Shown here in pieces: positions 23,661 through 33,085 of a stretch of 36,485 bases of DNA (its first letter is position 1; every line of letters starts with the position of its first letter). This stretch comes from Desulfobacterales bacterium (GTDB lineage Bacteria; Desulfobacterota; Desulfobacteria; Desulfobacterales; UBA11574). The position numbers and the translations under genes were made by a program. The stretch is taken from the NCBI GenBank assembly GCA_030601485.1, contig JAUVTO010000002.1, forward strand, positions 1 through 36,485, given 5' to 3'. Below the pieces are notes generated by a model. It ran no database searches, was not told the origin of the DNA, and was given only the letters and a program-made list of their open reading frames with translations.

Positions 23661-26216
23661 CTACGCCCATGTAATAAGTCCGGGGGCAAACCTGATCCGG
23701 TCATCTCCCCTGGGTATAACCCTGACAGTGAAACCGTATCGGCCTGAATCGCCGCAGATTATGGTGCATTCGTAAAGATACTCGCCGTCTCCACGGTTTT
23801 CTTTTACAGCCATGTTTTCAGAATGACTGTCAGCGATGCTGTCCACAGTTTTCAAGGCCCCGTAATAGAGTTCCACTTTTATCTCATCAGGACGGAGTTC
23901 CCCCAGGTTAACAACCGCTGTTACAGCAAAGCTTTCTCCCACCCGAAACGGGCCTTCAGCTTTTCTCACAGGATGCTCAATCCTGATATTTTTCCACAGG
24001 GTTCTGAGTCGTTTATACTGAGCGGAAAGAATTACGGCTTCTTTGGCGTTATTTGCAGTCAGGTGTGCAAAGTTTTTTGCGGCGGGCAAATAAAATTTCT
24101 TTTCATATTTGCCTACCATCATACGGGCGCAAAAATGCTGCATCGCCATCTTCATCGATTCTTTCATCATTTTGAGCCACCGGCCCGGCACGTCTCCATT
24201 CTTTCTTTCATAAAAACAGGGAATAACGTTGTTTTCCAGCACATTATAAAGGGCCTGACTCTCCACGGAATCCTGGTAGGCGGCATCAGCATATTCCTCT
24301 CCGTTTCCGATCCGCCAGCCTCTTCCCTCAGCATATCCTTCACACCACCATCCGTCCAGGATACTTACATTTAAAACTCCGTTTGCGGCTGCTTTTATAC
24401 CGGACGTACCGCAAGCCTCAAAGGGCCGTCTTGGAGTGTTGAGCCACACATCCGCTCCCTGAACCAGGTGCCTTGCGATACTGATATCGTAGTCTTCTAA
24501 AAAGGCGATTCGATGGCGAACACTCGAACTGCTGGCAAACCGGATAAGACGTTTGATCAGTTCCTTACCTTCATTGTCCTTGGGGTGGGCTTTTCCTGCG
24601 AAGATAAACTGAACCGGATGTTTCTTGGAATTAATCATTGCCTCAAGGCGCTCCGGGTCTTTAAGCAAAAGATCGGCCCGTTTGTAAGTTGCAAATCGAC
24701 GGGCAAAAGCGATGGTCAATATATCCTGGTCAAGTACCGATTCAGCATCTTTCATCATTGCTTTGGGGGCATTACGGCGCCGGTATTGCTTTATCATCAG
24801 AGCTCGACAATTACGAATAAGACGGCTTCGACTCATTTCGCGGGCACGCCACAATTCCTCATCATAAATATCGTCGATACGTTTGGCGATTTCCGGATTC
24901 CACATGTTCAGATGCCAATCCGGTCCAAGATAGCGTTCAAACAGCAGGGCGTTCTCAATGGAAATCCACGAGGAGATATGTACTCCGTTGGTGACATGGA
25001 TGATGGGAACCTCATCTTCCGGCCTGCCGGGCCAGACATGGGACCACATGCGTCTGGCCACCTTGCCGTGCAATTCGCTGACGCCGTTGCAGTACTGAGA
25101 CATCCGCAATCCCAGAATGAACATGGAAAGGGGGGAATCCGAACCGGATTCCATGGGTTGTCCCCACGATACAATCTCGTCAACGTTTACCCCCAGTCGC
25201 TTAGACAAAGAACTAAGATACGGTTTTACAAGGTCCACGGGAAACTCATCGTGCCCTGCTGCCACCGGTGTATGGGTAGTAAAGACCGTGGTTCGTGAAA
25301 CGATCTCCTTTGCCGTCTCAAGATTTACGTTATAAGAGGAAATCGTTCGGGCAAGCCGCTCCAGTGTGGCAAAAGCGCAATGACCTTCATTCATGTGGCA
25401 CACGGTGGGATGGATTCCCATGGCTTCAAGAGTACGCATTCCGCCGATTCCCAGCAGTACCTCCTGGGCCAGCCGGGTCTTTGGATTTCCGGCATACAGA
25501 CGAGAGGTTATTGCCCGAATTTCCGGGGGATTCTCCGGCAAATTGGTATCAAGAAGATAAAGAGGAATACGCCCCACCATGATCTTCCAGACAACGGCCC
25601 GGATTTCGCCCTCAGGTCCGTTGACTGAAATGCTTACCTCATTTCCTGAACGATCCTTTGCCCGTTTCACAGGCAGGTGAAAAAGATCGGTTTCCGGAAA
25701 TTCCTCCTGCTGCCAACCCTCCTGATCCAGAAACTGGTGAAAAAATCCCTGCCGGTAGAGAAGCCCTACCCCTATTATGGGAAGTGCAAGGTCGGAAGCC
25801 GCCTTTAAGTGATCACCGGCAAGGACTCCGAGACCTCCGGCAAACAGGGGAACACTTTCATGAATTCCGAACTCCATGGAAAAATATCCGATAGTTCCGT
25901 CTTTCCCGTAGGAAGATTCGCTTGGATCCACAGGGGTTAAAACCTCGCCCACAAAACTTTCTTTCACCCGCTGCTGATGAGCCAGAAAGCTTTCGTCTTT
26001 TGACAGTTCTTCCAGTTGTTTCTGGGGAATTAAGGTTAAAAATACGATGGGATTGCGCCCGGACGCTTCCCAGAGCCGGGGACTTATGCGACGAAAGAGT
26101 TCAATGGCATCCAGATGCCAGCACCACCAAAGGTTGCGTGCCAGAACCTGGAGAAAAGAAAGGGATTCCGGAATTGCAGGAAACACCTGAAATGTTTGCA
26201 AATAACTCATATTCAT
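23661..26216 (-). CDS. glgP: Alpha-glucan phosphorylase (GT35, long maltodextrin/glycogen phosphorylase type)
   Basis: 851 aa with GGLGVLAGDHLK and the PLP-Lys block EACGTSGIKAAANG. Confidence 0.88.
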   Translation of the reverse strand: MNMSYLQTFQVFPAIPESLSFLQVLARNLWWCWHLDAIELFRRISPRLWEASGRNPIVFLTLIPQKQLEELSKDESFLAHQQRVKESFVGEVLTPVDPSESSYGKDGTIGYFSMEFGIHESVPLFAGGLGVLAGDHLKAASDLALPIIGVGLLYRQGFFHQFLDQEGWQQEEFPETDLFHLPVKRAKDRSGNEVSISVNGPEGEIRAVVWKIMVGRIPLYLLDTNLPENPPEIRAITSRLYAGNPKTRLAQEVLLGIGGMRTLEAMGIHPTVCHMNEGHCAFATLERLARTISSYNVNLETAKEIVSRTTVFTTHTPVAAGHDEFPVDLVKPYLSSLSKRLGVNVDEIVSWGQPMESGSDSPLSMFILGLRMSQYCNGVSELHGKVARRMWSHVWPGRPEDEVPIIHVTNGVHISSWISIENALLFERYLGPDWHLNMWNPEIAKRIDDIYDEELWRAREMSRSRLIRNCRALMIKQYRRRNAPKAMMKDAESVLDQDILTIAFARRFATYKRADLLLKDPERLEAMINSKKHPVQFIFAGKAHPKDNEGKELIKRLIRFASSSSVRHRIAFLEDYDISIARHLVQGADVWLNTPRRPFEACGTSGIKAAANGVLNVSILDGWWCEGYAEGRGWRIGNGEEYADAAYQDSVESQALYNVLENNVIPCFYERKNGDVPGRWLKMMKESMKMAMQHFCARMMVGKYEKKFYLPAAKNFAHLTANNAKEAVILSAQYKRLRTLWKNIRIEHPVRKAEGPFRVGESFAVTAVVNLGELRPDEIKVELYYGALKTVDSIADSHSENMAVKENRGDGEYLYECTIICGDSGRYGFTVRVIPRGDDRIRFAPGLITWA

Positions 26217-26226
26217 TTATCCTTTA

Positions 26227-26275
26227 TCATTGATTATTGATCATTGGTCAACCACTCAACTACTCAACTATTACC
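26227..26275. repeat. Short simple-repeat block (TGATTAT/TGATCAT units plus YAACYACT octamers)
   Basis: atcattgattattgatcattgg followed by tcaaccactcaactactcaactattacc. It is related to the blocks at 32910-32993 and 33021-33062. Confidence 0.7.
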
Positions 26276-26281
26276 AAATAG

Positions 26282-29200
26282 TCAATCCAAAGCTTGGAGC
26301 AGCTTCCATACCCTTAAAACTTCGCTTGCCCCCCAGGCCTGTGCATCACAGCCACGTTGCCTGTGGGGAAAATCTCCGTCCATGATTTCCGGCACATGGC
26401 CGACGCACCCCTGGGATATGAGACGGCTACTGCTTGCCAGCCAGGAGAACGCCGTGTTTTTTCCTTCATCTCCGTAAGCTCTTGCCCATGCTTCACAATA
26501 ACTGGGGAACAGCCATGTCCAGGCAGTGCCGTTATGATATGCAGGCTTGCGTTTTAAATCTTCCTCTCCCGCATATTGCCCCTGATAAGGATGATGGGGA
26601 TTGTTAATCGTTGTCCCGTTATGATAAATGGCAATCGGTCGGCGAACCGGTCGGTCCGCAAGGCTTCGAATGCCTCCGGGGACCAGCAGTTCCTCACATG
26701 CTGCCACGATCTTACGGCAAATATTACGGTCGGAGACAGCGCCAAGTGTTACGGCAAAAAGCTGATTCGGCCTCAGTGCATCGTCAGGGTCTGCCTGTGC
26801 GGCCGGTTTTCCGGAATCGGTATGGAGACAATCCGCCAAGTAACCTGATTTTTCGAGCCAAAAGAGGTTAAAAATTGACGCCTGAACCCGGGAAGCTCTA
26901 CTGGTCCAGTCACCGGCATCTCCGGAGGGGTCAATGCATGCTAAAAAGGATAGTGCGGCAAACCAGAGCGCCTGGATTTCAATGGGATACCCTTGCCGGG
27001 GTGTGCATGCAGGGTGATTGGTGTCCATCCAGGTAAAATGGGTCGGACTGAAAATGAGACCCGATTCCGGATCCATACGGATACCGTTGGGCGTGCCCTT
27101 CTCATAAGCATTGGCCATGGAAAAAAGAATATGGCGAATGGTTCGATCACCACACTTTGAATCAAGAAATTTTTCATTTCCTTCAACACGGACCAGATCG
27201 GCACATGCGACAAAAAACCATAGCGGTGCGTCAGAGGTGTTCCGGTTTGTGGCGTCTTTGCCCTGAATCATATTAGGAATCGTCCCGTTATTTTCAAACT
27301 GTCCGAACTGTTTCAGGATAGAACGGGCCTCGTCCAATCTTCCTGCTGCAATCAACCCCCTCACAAAAATCAAGGAGTCCCGCCCCCAATCCAGAAACCA
27401 TGGATATCCGGCAATTACCGTATTCAAATCGTTCCTTTTTACCACATAATCATCCAGTGCTGTTTGTAACGCCTCCTCCGGTTTACAAAATCTGCTTTTT
27501 TCAAAAATAGCCGGTTTCATATCACGGAACCCGGGTTTTTGATTCTGGAAATGAGAATCTTGGAACCCCGTAACAGAGGCGCTCAGCGCTACGGATTCTC
27601 CTCCTTTCATGAATGAAGAAAAATAGCCCGGACTGAACAGATCCGAATCCGGATCTAAACCACGCTCGGCCTCTATTGGCCGGTGTACCATGTATTGCCA
27701 TTCCGGCTCCAATACAAAAGTCCCCTCAGAAATCTTCAAACTCAGCCGGTGTTCCTGCTCCGGCACAAATGTGAAGCCGTCCGGATTCGACTTTACAGCC
27801 CCGGGCCAGAAATGTTCCGGTCCCTGATATGCCTTAGTCGTCTTGTGAAAATCGCGGCTTTCAATATCCGGACGCAGGATGAGCCGGACCGGTTCATGAT
27901 CTGCCAGCATTCCCTGCTGACTTTTTGCTGAATCTCGGATAAAAACCATACGCATGGAATTTTCTCCGGGAACCATCTCCACACATATGGTTAGAAAGAC
28001 ATGTTCCCCCTGGCCCGTGGGCACCTGATATCGCCACACGCCTCGGGTACGGGACTGGAAACAAAAAGAATCAAAACAATCATCGCAGATTTTCTGTGAA
28101 TAGCCCTGATACACCAGCCATGCACGGCATCGTGTGAACATTACCCACCGATCTTCAGGGATCTCAAGGTCCATATTGGCTACCAGAAGGGCATCATATC
28201 TGCTGGCAAGTTCTCCCCAGGAAACGGCAGCCCGAAGCATGCCTCCACAACCGTTGGTTTCGAGCAGAATGGGGGAATGGTTAGACAGATCCGGCCGGTA
28301 ATAGATCCGTTTCACCGTTGCATCCTTTGCCCGAGAAAGGAAAAGAAGCGGCCCGTCAACATGTTGAGTATCACCTGGCGTATAAACCGACAACTTCAGG
28401 GTAACCGAGCGATGAGTCTTGGGCGGAGGTAGGGGCGAAAAAAGTATAAAACACGATCCGTCCATACACTGCAGACTTTCTTCATGATACAGACACCGGT
28501 TTTTGTCCATGATCCTGGCGCGGAAAGCCCTGTCGGCGTAAACCATTAGAAAATGATCCGGAGGCACCATTACCTCTCGATTTTTATCACGGGGCCATCG
28601 CCAGGTTATCACTCGCGGTTCATTGCTGAACGGGTTAAGACTACGGCAGTACTCCAGGGGATTTTCCGCCAGCTTCCGCGCAGCCTTGTCCGGTTCAAAT
28701 TTGCCCAGATCCCGGGTGCCGTTATAAAAATGCAGCACATCCATGGCCTTGGCACGAAGGCACTGTCGTTTAATTCGCTCGGGATATAATACGGTTTCAG
28801 ATTCACCCTCGCAAACAAGATCAAAATCATGCCGATCATCGGTAAGACAGAGAACCCGACCGGAATCCAGGAGACAGGAATGCTTTCCGTCAGACTCGGC
28901 AATAGCCACATTCTCGCCTGAGATAAGGTCCACATACGCAGATTCATCCATGCCTGTTTCCTGGGGATTCCAGGATGCTAAAGTCTTACGCCGATCATCC
29001 AGATTCGCCACAATAAGAAGCTTTTTCCCTGATGGCAGATGGCGTCGCAGCATCACAATACAATTTCCATCACCCTGCTGGACCATTTTCAGTTCCGTTT
29101 GGTCATGAAATGCCGGATGTAATTTGAGCAGAGCATTGAGGCGGCGGAGATGATTCACCTGATTGGTTTCAGCCCCCCAGTTCAGTGAAGTTGCTCCATG

Positions 29201-30586
29201 GACGCTGATTTTTTCCGTTGCATACCATTCCACGCCGTTGGCAAAACCGAAGCTGCCTTTATAACTGAAAAGAGCGCACAGTGCGGTCCGCATGCGAGCA
29301 AAGACCTGAGATCGAGAGGCCAGACGAAGGTTATCGTGGGTTTCAGCAAAATGTACCGTTATTCCGTCACTTACGGAGATCTCATTGGTTCCCGGGAGAT
29401 AGGTTTCAATCTGGCTTCGGTCATAGTTTTGAAAAAGCTCAGAATAGGACCAGTTGAAATTGGCTTTGTTCAGGATATCTCTGGTCACTGAAATTTTCCC
29501 CCCAAGCCCTTCCAGAAGAAAAATTGTATCAGGATACTGATCCCTGACAGCGGCAACAATATACTTCCAGGCAGGAACCGGAATCATATATCCAGCATCG
29601 CACCGGAATCCGTCCACTCCCCGCCGACACCACGTAATAAAAACATCGGCCATATATTGCCACAGGTCTTTTTGGGTGTAGTCGAGACTTGTCAGGTCTG
29701 CCCAGACGACTCCCCAGGCGCCCGGCATCTCGATCTGGCCGTCCGGATTTCGGACAAGCCATTGCGGGTGAGTTTCATGAAGACCGGCGGCCCAGCCCGT
29801 ATGGTTGATGGCGATGTCAATAAAAATCATGGCATGACGTTCATGGATTGCATCTATCAATTCTATGAACTGCTCGAGAGGAGTTGCCTTGGGGTCAAAT
29901 TCGGCCAAAGCCGGATCCACGGCGGTAAAACTGAGTGCCGCATACGGACTTCCAAACCTTCCCATTCGGGCATAGGTAGTGGGGGTGGGATGTATCGGAA
30001 GCAACTGGAGGATTCGGCACCCAAGCTCGCCGATAATGAAGTCCAGTTCTCCTATCAGATCACGAAAGGTTCCTGATGGCGGGATCACCGTGTAACCGTT
30101 TTTATCAAGAGACCGGATCGAATCTTCATCTGCCCCGGATAAAAACTTGCCATTCTTGTTTGGACCGAACTGACGGACAAATGCATTATAAATGATGTTT
30201 GAACAGCATGTGTGTGCCGGCTCCACGTTGATGGCAACATTAGGACCCTCCGGCCACACCGGAATGGTCTCGCTGTCACTCAAAAAGAAACATTTGGCTT
30301 CAAAATGCCCGACTTCACAAAAAGGGAGGGTAATCATAAAGTTTTGGTCGTCAACACGGTTCATGGGAATGTCAAACCAGTCCCGACTGAGGGGAGGCTT
30401 GTCGTTATCGACTTTCCTGGTGATTTCCTGCCTGGCGGTTTGGGCATGACCGATGTTGGTGCGAAGCCATGCACTTCCTTTTCCGGGATGTGAAAGGGAG
30501 AGCTTAAATGTCCGGGTATCGCCTCTAAATATAAGAATGCGTGTTCCCGGCGCGGGATCCTGAATGACCCAATTTGAATTATCCAT
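26282..30586 (-). CDS. Large glycogen debranching-type enzyme: N-terminal GH13 catalytic domain fused to a C-terminal amylo-alpha-1,6-glucosidase (GDE_C/GH133) domain
   Basis: 1434 aa. GH13 regions are FIDIAINHTG, GFRCDAGYM, LLEGLGG and FAETHDN. The GDE_C region has AGYPWFLDWGRDS, YHNGTAWTWLFP and CDAQAWGASEVLR. Confidence 0.8.
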   Translation of the reverse strand: MDNSNWVIQDPAPGTRILIFRGDTRTFKLSLSHPGKGSAWLRTNIGHAQTARQEITRKVDNDKPPLSRDWFDIPMNRVDDQNFMITLPFCEVGHFEAKCFFLSDSETIPVWPEGPNVAINVEPAHTCCSNIIYNAFVRQFGPNKNGKFLSGADEDSIRSLDKNGYTVIPPSGTFRDLIGELDFIIGELGCRILQLLPIHPTPTTYARMGRFGSPYAALSFTAVDPALAEFDPKATPLEQFIELIDAIHERHAMIFIDIAINHTGWAAGLHETHPQWLVRNPDGQIEMPGAWGVVWADLTSLDYTQKDLWQYMADVFITWCRRGVDGFRCDAGYMIPVPAWKYIVAAVRDQYPDTIFLLEGLGGKISVTRDILNKANFNWSYSELFQNYDRSQIETYLPGTNEISVSDGITVHFAETHDNLRLASRSQVFARMRTALCALFSYKGSFGFANGVEWYATEKISVHGATSLNWGAETNQVNHLRRLNALLKLHPAFHDQTELKMVQQGDGNCIVMLRRHLPSGKKLLIVANLDDRRKTLASWNPQETGMDESAYVDLISGENVAIAESDGKHSCLLDSGRVLCLTDDRHDFDLVCEGESETVLYPERIKRQCLRAKAMDVLHFYNGTRDLGKFEPDKAARKLAENPLEYCRSLNPFSNEPRVITWRWPRDKNREVMVPPDHFLMVYADRAFRARIMDKNRCLYHEESLQCMDGSCFILFSPLPPPKTHRSVTLKLSVYTPGDTQHVDGPLLFLSRAKDATVKRIYYRPDLSNHSPILLETNGCGGMLRAAVSWGELASRYDALLVANMDLEIPEDRWVMFTRCRAWLVYQGYSQKICDDCFDSFCFQSRTRGVWRYQVPTGQGEHVFLTICVEMVPGENSMRMVFIRDSAKSQQGMLADHEPVRLILRPDIESRDFHKTTKAYQGPEHFWPGAVKSNPDGFTFVPEQEHRLSLKISEGTFVLEPEWQYMVHRPIEAERGLDPDSDLFSPGYFSSFMKGGESVALSASVTGFQDSHFQNQKPGFRDMKPAIFEKSRFCKPEEALQTALDDYVVKRNDLNTVIAGYPWFLDWGRDSLIFVRGLIAAGRLDEARSILKQFGQFENNGTIPNMIQGKDATNRNTSDAPLWFFVACADLVRVEGNEKFLDSKCGDRTIRHILFSMANAYEKGTPNGIRMDPESGLIFSPTHFTWMDTNHPACTPRQGYPIEIQALWFAALSFLACIDPSGDAGDWTSRASRVQASIFNLFWLEKSGYLADCLHTDSGKPAAQADPDDALRPNQLFAVTLGAVSDRNICRKIVAACEELLVPGGIRSLADRPVRRPIAIYHNGTTINNPHHPYQGQYAGEEDLKRKPAYHNGTAWTWLFPSYCEAWARAYGDEGKNTAFSWLASSSRLISQGCVGHVPEIMDGDFPHRQRGCDAQAWGASEVLRVWKLLQALD

Positions 30587-30875
30587 CGGGCGTCACGGTT
30601 TGGTTTGTAAACAATACGATTTTGTTTCAAAAAAATAATATAAAATAACAGCACTTGTGTGTCAAAGAAAAAGGTATCATTATCAGGGAAACGTCAAAGT
30701 CGCTTAAAAAATTAGAATATTAATAGGTTAGACATGAAAATGACGGAGCCCTGGTGTTATGAGTGTATAGGTTGACATTTTATTATAGTTGTCTTAATTT
30801 CTTACCTTCTAAACGGAAATTCGGACAACATAATATAGTGAGGTATATGCCATCGAAATTATTACGACAAACAAA

Positions 30876-31697
30876 ATGATGCAGGCGCGATCCGACCGGA
30901 TGCGTCGTCAGTTTAAAACCATTGTTTTTATCCCTACCATGGGATTTCTCCATGAAGGTCATCTGTCTTTGATTAAAGAAGGCCACAAATATGGAGATGA
31001 CATGGTCGTGAGCATATTTGTCAACCCCACACAGTTTGGCCCTGGTGAAGATTTGGAGGCTTATCCCAAGAATCTTGAAAGGGATTTGGAACTGTTACAA
31101 AAACAAGGGGTGAATGCGGTATTTAACCCTGATGCAAAGGAAATTTACGGCAAAAAATTTCAGACCTATGTTACGCTGGAAAAACTGCCGAATTACCTTT
31201 GCGGCGCCTCCAGACCCATACACTTCAGAGGTGTTGCAACCGTTGTTACCAAGCTGTTCAACACTGTCAAACCGCATGTGGCCGTTTTCGGGCTGAAGGA
31301 CTACCAGCAGCTTATCGTCATTCGTCAGATGGTTCGTGATCTCGATTTCGACATAGAAATAATCGGTGCTCCCACGGTAAGGGAGCCGGACGGGCTTGCC
31401 ATGAGTTCCCGCAATAATTATCTTACTGCCGAACAGCGGATTAGCGCCCTTTCCCTGTACAAATCATTGCAGAAGGCAAAGGAGCTTATCAAGAGCGGGA
31501 TACGAGATGCGCCGACTATTATTGACGCGGCAACAGAGCTGATACAGTCATATCCTGAAACCGATATAAATTATATCTCCATCTGCGACACGGAAACACT
31601 TGTCGATATCAAAGCCATTGACAGGCCAGTAGTGATGGCTCTGGCTGTCAAAGTCGGAAAAGCCCGCCTGATTGACAATATGATACTGAATCAATAG
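30876..31697 (+). CDS. panC: Pantoate--beta-alanine ligase
   Basis: PTMGFLHEGHLSLI (HIGH-like motif) and further PanC blocks. The true start may be upstream at a non-canonical codon (see findings). Confidence 0.88.
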   Translation: MMQARSDRMRRQFKTIVFIPTMGFLHEGHLSLIKEGHKYGDDMVVSIFVNPTQFGPGEDLEAYPKNLERDLELLQKQGVNAVFNPDAKEIYGKKFQTYVTLEKLPNYLCGASRPIHFRGVATVVTKLFNTVKPHVAVFGLKDYQQLIVIRQMVRDLDFDIEIIGAPTVREPDGLAMSSRNNYLTAEQRISALSLYKSLQKAKELIKSGIRDAPTIIDAATELIQSYPETDINYISICDTETLVDIKAIDRPVVMALAVKVGKARLIDNMILNQ

Positions 31698-31738
31698 CGA
31701 ACAGAATTTAAAACTAAAGAAACCCAAGGAGATGCTTT

Positions 31739-32908
31739 ATGAGTAATGAACAATTCTTTTTTACATCCGAATCGGTGACCGAAGGTCATCCGGACAAGGT
31801 TGCAGATGCGATATCGGATTCCATTCTCGACGCAATTCTTGAAAAGGATAAAGCCTGCAGGGTTGCCTGTGAGACTCTTGTAACCACCGGCCTTGCTTTT
31901 ATTGCCGGTGAAATTACAACCGATTGTTATGTGGATATGCCTGAGATTATTAGAAATACAATTCGTGAAATCGGATACCATTCATCCCAGATGGGGTTTG
32001 ACTGGCAGACCTGCTCGGTCATTACAAGTATTGATCAACAATCTCCGGATATTGCTCAGGGGGTAAACGTCGGTGAAGGACTTTTCAAAGACCAGGGCGC
32101 CGGAGATCAGGGGCTGATGTTCGGGTTTGCCACGGATGAGACGCCTGAATTAATGCCCATGCCGATTATGTATGCCCATAAATTATGCCAGCGTCTTGCC
32201 ACGGTTCGAAAAAACGGATCCCTTGATTTCTTAAGGCCTGACGGCAAAACTCAGGTGACCATCGAATATGAAAACGGCAACCCGGTACGGATTGATACCG
32301 TTGTTATTGCCGCACAGCACAAACCGCATATTACTTACGATGAGTTGAGAGAAGCGATCGTAGAAGAGGTCATAAAAAAGGTGATCCCCAAGGAGCTAAC
32401 GGACGGTGACACCCGATACTTTATAAATGCCACCGGCAAGTTTGTGATTGGCGGCCCCATGGGAGACTGCGGGGTTACGGGGCGAAAGATCATTGTTGAT
32501 ACTTACGGAGGCCAGGGGAGTCACGGCGGCGGATGTTTTTCAGGGAAAGATCCTTCCAAGGTCGATCGCAGCGCTTCATATATGGCCAGACATATCGCAA
32601 AAAATATTATTGCCGCCGGCCTTGCAAAAAAATGTGAATTGCAACTCGCCTATGCCATCGGTGTGGCAGAACCTGTTTCCGTGATGGTAGATCTTATGGG
32701 AACCGGTGTAATTCCCAAATATCGGGTAAAAGAAATTATCAGAGAAATTTTTGATTTAAGACCTGCAGCAATTATTGAATATCTGGACCTGCTGCGGCCA
32801 ATCTATCGTAAAACTTCAGCTTATGGGCACTTTGGCCGGAATGAACCTGAATTCACGTGGGAAAAAACCAATATGGTGGATGTTATTCGGGAAAAGGCAG
32901 GGGTTTAG
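31739..32908 (+). CDS. metK: S-adenosylmethionine synthetase
   Basis: 389 aa with GHPDK, GAGDQG and [16 protein letters not shown] motifs. SD AAGGAG upstream. Confidence 0.95.
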   Translation: MSNEQFFFTSESVTEGHPDKVADAISDSILDAILEKDKACRVACETLVTTGLAFIAGEITTDCYVDMPEIIRNTIREIGYHSSQMGFDWQTCSVITSIDQQSPDIAQGVNVGEGLFKDQGAGDQGLMFGFATDETPELMPMPIMYAHKLCQRLATVRKNGSLDFLRPDGKTQVTIEYENGNPVRIDTVVIAAQHKPHITYDELREAIVEEVIKKVIPKELTDGDTRYFINATGKFVIGGPMGDCGVTGRKIIVDTYGGQGSHGGGCFSGKDPSKVDRSASYMARHIAKNIIAAGLAKKCELQLAYAIGVAEPVSVMVDLMGTGVIPKYRVKEIIREIFDLRPAAIIEYLDLLRPIYRKTSAYGHFGRNEPEFTWEKTNMVDVIREKAGV

Positions 32909-32909
32909 G

Positions 32910-32993
32910 GATTGACGATTGATGATTGTCGATTGTCGATTGAAAAATTGAAGATTGATGATTGGTGATTGATGATTGGTGATTGATGATTAA
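32910..32993. repeat. Tandem heptamer repeat (GATTGNN, about 12 units)
   Basis: gattgac gattgat gattgtc gattgtc gattgaa aaattga a gattgat gattggt gattgat gattggt gattgat gattaaa. It begins right after the metK stop. Confidence 0.85.
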
Positions 32994-33020
32994 AGAATGA
33001 GAAAGATAGATATGATCAAA

Positions 33021-33062
33021 TTAACAACCGGTTAACCACTCAACCACTTAACTGCTTAACGG
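33021..33062. repeat. Tandem octamer-like repeat (TYAACYRC)
   Basis: ttaacaaccggttaaccactcaaccacttaactgcttaacgg, in the ahcY leader. Similar to 26248-26275. Confidence 0.7.
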
Positions 33063-33085
33063 AATCTGAAGGAGATTAATAATCC

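Noticed and set aside
19926-30586. Plus-strand ORFs inside the glycogen genes (for example 21339-21941, 23823-24374, 24513-25298, 29657-30076)
   Set aside because: They are antisense to strongly supported enzymes, lack motifs and lack SDs.
32910-32993. Possible CRISPR array
   Set aside because: The units are 7 nt long with no spacers, and there are no cas genes. This is a microsatellite-like tandem repeat.
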